From Bacteroidales bacterium (GTDB lineage: Bacteria > Bacteroidota > Bacteroidia > Bacteroidales > JAIPAP01): 64,000 nucleotides of DNA. The stretch lies in contig JAIPAP010000003.1 in the NCBI GenBank assembly GCA_021740045.1, forward strand, positions 4,061 to 68,060, given 5' to 3'. Made by a program: the position numbers and the translations under genes. Every line of letters starts with the position of its first letter. The first letter of the stretch is position 1. Shown in pieces: positions 28,664 to 36,185 of the stretch. Under the pieces are notes generated by a model, which worked only from the letters and a program-made list of their open reading frames with translations, searched no databases and was not told the origin of the DNA.

Positions 28664-29407
28664 TTATCTAACCACCAACTTACGTGTTATCAGTAATTCA
28701 TTATTCAGCACCAATGTATAAAAATAAACTCCTTCTTTAAGGTCATTAACATTGATTCTAACTTTGGCCGCATCTTTCGTAACCGGTACACTCTTAACCA
28801 TGGCTCCCAACACATTGCGAACGGCTATCCTGGCCTGTCCCTGGTGATCCGGAGGTAAGGTATAATCGATATTGGTATAATCACCAGCCGGATTCGGATA
28901 GGCATTTATTTCCGGCTTAATGGCTTCAGGCTCTTCCTCTACTCCTACATAACCCGAAGTGTAATCAACGTAAACACTCACCGAATCGTCGGGGTTATTG
29001 CTATCGAAAAACACATACATCATGGATGATGTTCCGTCATTACCTTGCGGATAGTATTCGCCATGAAAGGAATCTTCTGTTTCGCCGGGATCAATGGTGA
29101 TGGGATTGGGTGATACAAAAGTTGAGGGCGGAAAGCAGGATTCACCCCAGCAGAAAGTATTCATGGTATTTTCCAGCAGATCGATCTCAATTTTTTTCAC
29201 CTTTACATCCAATGCATTGTTGGCATTATTGGTGACGTTTACATATGATTCTATAATGTCATTACCCGGCTCTTCAATAAATTCAACGGTAGCCCCATTT
29301 TCAATGGCGGTTCCGTCGGTGAGGGTTAATGACAGACTTTGGCCAAAGCCAAAATTGATGAGGGCAATAAAAAAAATCCCTATGAGTAAATGCTTTTTCA
29401 TAACCAT
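28664..29407 (-). CDS. Secreted protein with T9SS C-terminal sorting domain
   Basis: Signal peptide MKKHLLIGIFFIALINFGFGQ. CTD-like tail YPNPAGDYTNIDY...GVYFYTLVLNNELLITRKLVV. Confidence 0.75.
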   Translation of the reverse strand: MVMKKHLLIGIFFIALINFGFGQSLSLTLTDGTAIENGATVEFIEEPGNDIIESYVNVTNNANNALDVKVKKIEIDLLENTMNTFCWGESCFPPSTFVSPNPITIDPGETEDSFHGEYYPQGNDGTSSMMYVFFDSNNPDDSVSVYVDYTSGYVGVEEEPEAIKPEINAYPNPAGDYTNIDYTLPPDHQGQARIAVRNVLGAMVKSVPVTKDAAKVRINVNDLKEGVYFYTLVLNNELLITRKLVVR

Positions 29408-29649
29408 TCGTTTTTCATTTTTTAAAACAATGCAACATTTATGCTATATTTTAATTTCCGACTGCAAAAGTGAAATTTTTTTTCATAATCCCACGTCGTT
29501 GTTAACATCTTTTAATATTTCAACCAACCTCTGTCCTTCATCAATCCTATAAAATTGTCCTATCCTTGGAAAATTTGGTCCAAATGTACAAAATTAAATG
29601 AATAAGTAATATATTTACATTTCTAAATAAAACCTAAAAAACTGATAGC

Positions 29650-31296
29650 ATGAAAAGATTTTTACTATTTACCGGATTAGCGTTCTTTGTTTTAATGGCT
29701 TACAGTCAACAAGTTGAGCGCGAGATGGTGGTTCTTGAGATAGCCACCGGAACCTGGTGCCCTTATTGTCCGGGCTCTGCCATGGGCGCCGATGACCTGA
29801 TCGAAAACGGACACGATGTGGCCGTTATCGAATACCACTCGGGCGATGATTATCAGAACACCTATGCCACAAGCCGGATCAACTATTATGGGATCACTGG
29901 TTTTCCAACCGCTGTTTTCGATGGTGTTAGCCAGGTTGTGGGAGGCAGCTCCAATCAAAGCATGTATCCCCAGTACCTGCCGCGTTATCAGAACCGCAAG
30001 AATACACCCTCGTCATTTACCATTGATGTGGAAGGTTACCATTATGGTTTAACGGAATACCATGCCGATATTACCCTGGAAAAGGTGGCCGCTACAAGCA
30101 GTGAAGACATCGTATTGCATGCTGCCCTAACCGAATCGCATATAGAAGAATATTGGCAAGGGATGGATGAATTGAACTTTGTAGAAAGATTAATGATCCC
30201 CAACCAATATGGAACCCCGGTGGACTTTTCCGGTGGAGATATCCAGGAGGTTAATCTTACGTTTGATATGGAAGCCGAATGGGTGATGGATAATTGTGAG
30301 CTGGTGGTATTTCTGCAAGACACCGATACAAAGGAAATCCTTCAGGGTACCAAGATCAGCCTTACCGAATTCCCCTCAGCATGCCAGTTGGATGCAGGCA
30401 TTCTCAGCACAAGTCATATTCCGCTTACAACGTGTTCAGGAACAGTTCAGCCTTTGGTGGAATTTAACAACTGTGGTAATGAAGAGCTTACATCACTGGA
30501 CGTGAGCTATAGTGTAAATGGCGGCGAACCGGTTACGGCCGAATGGACCGGCTCATTAGCCTACCGCGATACAGCTACCATGGAATTACCCCTGGGAGAA
30601 TTTACGGTGGAGGAATCAAATACCCTCGAGGTTAGCCTGAGCAATCCCAATGGACAAGGCGATGAATTCAACGGAAACGATGCCCAAACACAAGAAATTG
30701 AACAGGCTATGGAGGTAACCAACCCCATCTACATCATGCTTCGTACGGATAACAATCCCGAGGAAACGACCTGGGAAATTCTGAATTCTTCAGGTGAAGT
30801 GGTTCATTCCGGAGGGCCCTATGAGGAACCTTCCACCTTTGTGTTGCTCAACGACCCGTTTGAATTCGAATATGACGATTGCTATTCCTTTATTATTTAT
30901 GATGCCGGTGGCAATGGCATACGAAACGGGAACGGCATGGGCATGTATTACATCGCTTATGGAAATGATGAGGAAATAGTGGAAGGCGCCGAGTTTGGCG
31001 ATCAGGAAGAAACGGAATTCAACCTTACTGTTACGTCGGTTAACGAACTGGCTAAAAACAACAAGATCACTCTTTATCCAAATCCGGTACAAAAAGGCGA
31101 GGCTGCTTACATCAATATTCCGGGCAATGAAAACGCCCGGTTCAGCATATTTGACAACACCGGCCACTTGCTACAGGAATTACAGGCTGAAAGCGGCATC
31201 AGTCAAATTCCCGTTAGCCGCCTAAGCGCCGGCGTCTATGTCATTCAAATAGTTACAGCGGATCAAGTGGTAAGTAGGAAGTTAATCATTGAATAA
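29650..31296 (+). CDS. T9SS-sorted protein with an N-terminal thioredoxin-like (Omp28-related) domain
   Basis: Signal peptide. CxxC in ATGTWCPYCPG. CTD-like tail LYPNPVQKGEAAYINI...AGVYVIQIVTADQVVSRKLIIE. Confidence 0.75.
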   Translation: MKRFLLFTGLAFFVLMAYSQQVEREMVVLEIATGTWCPYCPGSAMGADDLIENGHDVAVIEYHSGDDYQNTYATSRINYYGITGFPTAVFDGVSQVVGGSSNQSMYPQYLPRYQNRKNTPSSFTIDVEGYHYGLTEYHADITLEKVAATSSEDIVLHAALTESHIEEYWQGMDELNFVERLMIPNQYGTPVDFSGGDIQEVNLTFDMEAEWVMDNCELVVFLQDTDTKEILQGTKISLTEFPSACQLDAGILSTSHIPLTTCSGTVQPLVEFNNCGNEELTSLDVSYSVNGGEPVTAEWTGSLAYRDTATMELPLGEFTVEESNTLEVSLSNPNGQGDEFNGNDAQTQEIEQAMEVTNPIYIMLRTDNNPEETTWEILNSSGEVVHSGGPYEEPSTFVLLNDPFEFEYDDCYSFIIYDAGGNGIRNGNGMGMYYIAYGNDEEIVEGAEFGDQEETEFNLTVTSVNELAKNNKITLYPNPVQKGEAAYINIPGNENARFSIFDNTGHLLQELQAESGISQIPVSRLSAGVYVIQIVTADQVVSRKLIIE

Positions 31297-31326
31297 GCGC
31301 AAGGCTTTTCGGCTTTAAAAATACAG

Positions 31327-31364
31327 GGGCAACTGGGAAAGTTTTATTTTCCGGTTGCCCTTTT
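31327..31364 (+). terminator. Intrinsic terminator candidate
   Basis: GGGCAACTGG-N14-CCGGTTGCCC followed by TTTT, 30 nt after the stop codon at 31296. Confidence 0.5.
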
Positions 31365-31385
31365 CATTTGCTTTCGTATTTATCT

Positions 31386-33106
31386 CCGATCCGATAATTA
31401 TCGAATACGCGAATCCAACACGAATTGACGCTAAGTATGGAGCTGTCGTGGATTTGTAATCCACGCCATAAACCCGTGAGCAGAATACAAATTAAGCGGA
31501 TTATAAATCCGCTCAAACAGGTAGCGGCTATCAAACGCAAATAAACGCTAATATCTATTAGCAGAAATTCGCGGGTAATTCGCGGGGATTAGCGGACTAC
31601 ACCAGAGCTTACCGCTAAATAGTTAGATGGCGGGCGTTTGAAGCGGAGAAGGGTTTCCAACCCCTTCGGGGGTTTGAAACCCATGCGTTGCAATAATGGT
31701 TTTTTTGGAGCGAGGTTTCAAATCCCTGAACCTGCGCCTTTAGGCCAGGTGAAGGGTTGGAAACCTTAAGCCCCGCTAAGTGTCGAGCTGGCGTGGATTT
31801 GTAATCCACGCCATAAACCCGTGAGCGGATTACAAATCCGCTCAAGCAGGTAGCGGCTATCCAACGCAAATAAATGCTAATACCTGTTAGCGAAAATTCG
31901 CGGGTAATTCGCGGGGATAAGCGGACTACACCGGAGCTTACTACTAAATGTTTAGCTGGCGCGCGTTTGAAGCGGATTGCAGAAAAGAGGAGTAAATGCA
32001 CTAACCCATCGGTTTGCAGCGGCTTAACGCGTGCCCGGTAAACCTCCTCGTTTGTAACGAGATTTTTTCAACCCCTCTATAACCTTCATGAATTGCATAT
32101 TTCATGCTTCCCGCTGTTTTATCTCGTCACAGACGAGTGATATAGAAAGGCACGCGATACAATCGCGCGCCAGCAGCCGGGTTGCAAGACTAAAAACAGT
32201 AAGGGTTTCCAACCCCTTCGGGGGTTTGAAACCCATGCGTTGCAATAATGGTTTTTTTGGAGCGAGGTTTCAAATCCCTGAACCTGCGCCATTAGGCCAG
32301 GTGAAGGGTTGGAAACCTTAAGCCCCGTTAAAAGTCCGCGATGCGATGATTATAGGATACGCAAATCCAACACGAATTGACGCTAAGTGTCGAGCTGGCG
32401 TGGATTTGTAATCCACACCATAAGCCCGTGAGCGGAATACAAATTGAGCGGATTACAAATCCGCTCAAGCAGGTAGCGGCTATCCAACGCAAATAAATGC
32501 TAATACCTGTTAGCGAAAATTCGCGGGTAATTCGCGAGGATTAGCGGACTACACCAGAGCTTACCGCTAAATGGTTAGCTGGCGCGCGTTTGAAGCGGAT
32601 TCCAGAAAAGAGGAGTAAATGCACTAACCCATCGGTTTGCAGCGGCTTAACGCGTGCCCGGTAAATCTCCTCGTTTGTAACGAGATTTTTTCAACCCCTC
32701 TATAACCTTCATGAATTGCATATTTCATGCTTCCCGCTGTTTTATCTCGTCGCAGACGAGTGATATAGAAAGGCACGCGATGCAATCGCGCGCCAGCAGC
32801 CGGGCTGCAAGACTAAAAACAGTAAGGGTTTCCAACCCCTTCAGGGATTTGAAACCCATGCGTTGCAATAATGGGTTTCTGTGGAGCGAGGTTTCAAATC
32901 CCTGAGCCTGCGCCTTTAGGCCAGTGGAAGGGTTGGAAACCTTAAGCCCCGCTAAGTGGCGAGCTGGCGTGGATTTGTACTCAACGCCATAAACCCGTGA
33001 GCAGATTACAAATCCGCTCAAGCTGGTAGCGGCTATCCAACGCAAATAAATGCTAATACCTGTTAGCGAAAATTCGCGGGTAATTCGCGGGGATTAGCGG
33101 ACTACC
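31386..33106. repeat. Left array of a 552-623 bp hairpin-dense tandem repeat (2 full and 2 partial units)
   Basis: The anchor AAGGGTTTCCAACCCCTT occurs at 31649, 32201 and 32824. The same ordered modules are seen in every unit. See findings. Confidence 0.95.
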
Positions 33107-33121
33107 ATATTCCGGAGATCC

Positions 33122-33274
33122 CTAAAACAACCCTTCCACTACCTCATAATCCGCAATATTCGGTATGGTAACTTTTAGGCGGGCTTCGGCTTCCATAGCC
33201 CGGTTAATGGCAAAGATGGCGCCGTTATTGCGGGCCCAGCTGCGGCGGGCAATGCCGTTGTTGACATCCCACAT
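33122..33274 (-). pseudogene. hutU: 3' relic of a urocanate hydratase gene (last 49 codons plus stop)
   Basis: Translates to (M)WDVNNGIARRSWARNNGAIFAINRAMEAEARLKVTIPNIADYEVVEGLF*. This matches the C-terminus of the intact hutU at 37682..39688 at all but 3 residues. Homology stops at 33271. Confidence 0.85.
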
Positions 33275-33629
33275 TTTTTTATAGTCCACTTGGATTTAAA
33301 CAAACTTATGATTATTTTGAGCCGTCAATTACTTGTTTAAAACTATCTACGCTTGTCCTATGCTATATGACGAATGTTGAGCGCTTCAGAACTTGGAAAT
33401 AAGTAAACAGTATTTTAAACGCCACCATAGCGGATTAAAATACTACTAACATAAATAAAACATCATGTATCAAGCCTGCCATTACCGCTTGTTTTATTTC
33501 CTTAATCCAAAGGAGGTAAAGGATTATTCGCGCTTTTTTGTCACTAGTTTTGTCACTACCCTGAATTTTTCTCAAAAAACCAGTCACATTTTTAATTTTT
33601 TGCAACTATATAATATAGAGTATTATCAA

Positions 33630-35225
33630 ATGAAAAAGTCTCTGATTATCATTTTTATAAAATTTGGGCTTGTTTCAATCACACAAGCCCAAAGATGGCA
33701 ACACATCTATGGTGAACCAAACCAAACTGAAAACAGTTGGGATATAACTGAACATTACGACAATGGATATTTTATAACGGGGTCCCATAATACCAGATAT
33801 GGATGGTTGATCAAAACCGATATTAATGGAGAGGTATTATGGGATAAGATCATAGGCAAATATCCTGATGAAGCAATGATACGAGTAACTGTTTATGATG
33901 ATGAGGGAAATATATATGTATTGGGTACATTAATTCGTGAACAAACTGAAGATTGGCCGTTTATTGTGAAGTTAAATCCTTGTGGTGAAAAGCTCTGGTG
34001 TAAATGGTTTATCGATTATAAATTTATGTGGGGAGATTTTTTTGATGCAATTGTAATGGGTGATGGAGACATAGTTGGTCTGGCATATATGCCCACGGAT
34101 AATCAATATGAAATGATCTATTTATTCCGCATAAGCCCGGATGGGGAGCTAAGATGGAAGAAATCCTATGCCTCTCACAAACATCATGAACATTGCCATG
34201 AAATGCGATTAGGATACCGGTTGGTTAGTTTTAATAACTTGCTTATAATTGTAGGATATGCCTATTTGCCTTATCCCGGAAATCCTAATCATTTTTTCCA
34301 AACACCCATGTTTATTGGGGTTGATTATAACTTTGAGGAGAAATTCCTGTTACCTTTCGGCATGAGGGATTCGCTTCATGGCAAGGCTTTTTCCGGGATG
34401 CCGCTGAACGATTCTATATTTATGGGAGTGGGAGCACATCGTTTTAATGAAGGAGGTTATGAGACGTGTAATACAATGCTGATGTTTTTTAATAAAGATG
34501 GTGAAGAAATCGGTTATAGTACAATACCCAATGAGGCTATAGCGCCGGAAATTAAAGCTAATTATTCACGCGACATAGCATGGATCAACGATAGTTTGTT
34601 TATGACAACTACTTGGTATGGCGAAGAATATAGTGGCAATACCTATGGTGAATTTGTAATTGATACAGCAGGGACTGTTTATGATAATAAAAAGAATTAT
34701 GAAAATGTTAGATATTGTAGGATAACAAAAACATTTGACAATAAATACATTATTTCTGGTAACTTAAACTATTCCGATATTATTCTTTATAAAATCAACG
34801 AAAACCTTGAAGCGGACACGGTATACCCCGGTAATTACAACTATGACAGCTTGTGCAATGAGCTTCCCATACCCTCCGGCACTATCGACCTGGCCGATTG
34901 CGATATTGTAACAAACATAGATGAAATACCCACACTGGAAGAATACCGTGCTGGTAAAAACCGGATAGCGACGGAGGCATTTCCCAACCCCGTTACCGGG
35001 CAAACAGTAGAACTGCAGTTTAAAAATCCGGGTAAATTAAAAAAACTGGAAATCAGGATATTTAATTTGCTGGGCAGGGAAGTTCATAAAGAGCAAATCC
35101 ATAACCGGCAAACCGGCACAAAGATCACCACGGCCCATTGGCAAGCAGGCATATATGTAGTCATAATATACAGTAATGGTGTGCTTAAAGGGAAATGCAA
35201 GTTAGTGGTGAAATATAGAAGATAG
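33630..35225 (+). CDS. Secreted protein with T9SS C-terminal sorting domain
   Basis: Start moved to ATG 33630 (signal peptide MKKSLIIIFIKFGLVSITQAQ). The track's upstream extension is AT-rich. CTD-like tail AFPNPVTGQTVELQF...GIYVVIIYSNGVLKGKCKLVV. Confidence 0.7.
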   Translation: MKKSLIIIFIKFGLVSITQAQRWQHIYGEPNQTENSWDITEHYDNGYFITGSHNTRYGWLIKTDINGEVLWDKIIGKYPDEAMIRVTVYDDEGNIYVLGTLIREQTEDWPFIVKLNPCGEKLWCKWFIDYKFMWGDFFDAIVMGDGDIVGLAYMPTDNQYEMIYLFRISPDGELRWKKSYASHKHHEHCHEMRLGYRLVSFNNLLIIVGYAYLPYPGNPNHFFQTPMFIGVDYNFEEKFLLPFGMRDSLHGKAFSGMPLNDSIFMGVGAHRFNEGGYETCNTMLMFFNKDGEEIGYSTIPNEAIAPEIKANYSRDIAWINDSLFMTTTWYGEEYSGNTYGEFVIDTAGTVYDNKKNYENVRYCRITKTFDNKYIISGNLNYSDIILYKINENLEADTVYPGNYNYDSLCNELPIPSGTIDLADCDIVTNIDEIPTLEEYRAGKNRIATEAFPNPVTGQTVELQFKNPGKLKKLEIRIFNLLGREVHKEQIHNRQTGTKITTAHWQAGIYVVIIYSNGVLKGKCKLVVKYRR

Positions 35226-35272
35226 AAAATAGAAGATAGAAAAATAGATTTAAACCATAAAAATTAACCAAA

Positions 35273-36139
35273 TTGAAAAGGCTTAGTGTATTATTATTAA
35301 CGGCAATTTTGTTTTCCTCTCGTGCATTTGCACAGGATTATTACCCCCTGGTTCAGGAAAATAATGAGTGGAACGTGCTTTATGTATATAATGACTTAAA
35401 TGTGTATCCTCCAGATACTATTTATTATACCCAAACATATAAGATTGACGGCGATACGCTAATTGAAGAGCAAATTTATCAAAAGGTATATATAAAGGAA
35501 GAGGATATGGAAAACTGGGAGTACCAAACAAGTCTGCGGGAGGAAAACCAAAAAGTATGGAAATTTTCAAAGTATTCTAATGAGGAACTATTAATTTATG
35601 ATTTCCAGGTTGAGGTAACCGATACCCTGTCTTATCTTCCGCAATCAGCTGTGGTGGATTCCATCAAATACATGGAAATTATTGGTGAGCAAAGGAAACA
35701 TATATTTTTAAGTTACCTTAACACTCCCTGTACTGAGTTATGGGTAGAAGGTATCGGGAGCAACTATGGTATATTATCAAGTGGAGAAGGTATGTCCTTA
35801 GGAAGTTGGACTTGGTTATTATGCTATTGGCAGGATGAGGAATTGGTATACAGTAACCCGGATTTTGAAGGCTGCTGGATGACCAATGTCGGCCTGGAAG
35901 AAGCCAGGGAAAGACAAATCAGGATTTACCCCAATCCTGCAAAAGACTATCTCCGTATTGAAAATACCGGGAATAATAGAATCAGGGAGATTTCCATTTC
36001 CGATATCACAGGACGTGAAATCATGGTCATTAAAGAATGTAACAGGCCAATAAATATTTCAAGCCTTGCTTCCGGTGTATATATCGTAAAAGTAATATAT
36101 TCGGGTAGTGAAATAACCCGTAAACTTGTTGTGGAGTAA
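35273..36139 (+). CDS. Secreted protein with T9SS C-terminal sorting domain
   Basis: TTG start with signal peptide KRLSVLLLTAILFSSRAFAQ. CTD-like tail IYPNPAKDYLRIEN...GVYIVKVIYSGSEITRKLVVE. Confidence 0.7.
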   Translation: MKRLSVLLLTAILFSSRAFAQDYYPLVQENNEWNVLYVYNDLNVYPPDTIYYTQTYKIDGDTLIEEQIYQKVYIKEEDMENWEYQTSLREENQKVWKFSKYSNEELLIYDFQVEVTDTLSYLPQSAVVDSIKYMEIIGEQRKHIFLSYLNTPCTELWVEGIGSNYGILSSGEGMSLGSWTWLLCYWQDEELVYSNPDFEGCWMTNVGLEEARERQIRIYPNPAKDYLRIENTGNNRIREISISDITGREIMVIKECNRPINISSLASGVYIVKVIYSGSEITRKLVVE

Positions 36140-36185
36140 ATTATTTGTAAAAAAGTCAAGTATCTATTCAGTCATTAAGATTGAT

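Noticed and set aside
31615-32001. Minus-strand ORFs inside the arrays (31615..32001, 32725..33045, 36718..37038, 37270..37530; MRWIAAT…)
   Set aside because: These are read-throughs of the same hairpin-rich repeat. Their lengths and start positions are inconsistent between copies, and their composition is dictated by the palindromes.
31976-32010. AGGAG-N3-ATG CAC TAA mini-ORF conserved in each unit (a Shine-Dalgarno-like site plus a 2-codon ORF)
   Set aside because: Bacteroidota generally do not rely on Shine-Dalgarno pairing, and a 2-codon ORF has no support. This is most likely coincidental sequence within the repeat.
32262-32282. tRNA-like T-arm (GAGGTTTCAAATCCCTG resembles GGTTCAAATCC)
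   Set aside because: The flanking bases cannot form a 5-bp T-stem around a 7-nt loop. No acceptor, D or anticodon arms can be drawn. The segment instead pairs with the upstream GGGGTTTGAAACC arm.
32088-32321. Small plus-strand ORFs repeated in each unit (MNCIFHASRCFISSQTSDIERHA…, at 32088, 32711, 36704 and 37256), considered as a candidate small-protein gene family
   Set aside because: Their 3' ends differ between copies (77 aa versus 64 aa) because of indels in a T-run. The substitutions are replacement changes sitting in hairpin loops (I/M/K from ACA/GCA/GAA). The sequence is palindrome-driven, and an equally long ORF overlaps on the other strand. There is no promoter or start context to support coding.
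33465-33629. 55-codon upstream extension of the T9SS protein ORF
   Set aside because: The extension is AT-rich with no signal peptide. The ATG at 33630 is followed immediately by a canonical signal peptide (MKKSLIIIF…ITQAQ).
35205-35250. AGAAGATAGAAAAT x2 direct repeat at the stop codon of the T9SS gene
   Set aside because: There are only two imperfect copies of an AT-rich 14-15-mer, which is not distinguishable from chance in AT-rich spacer.
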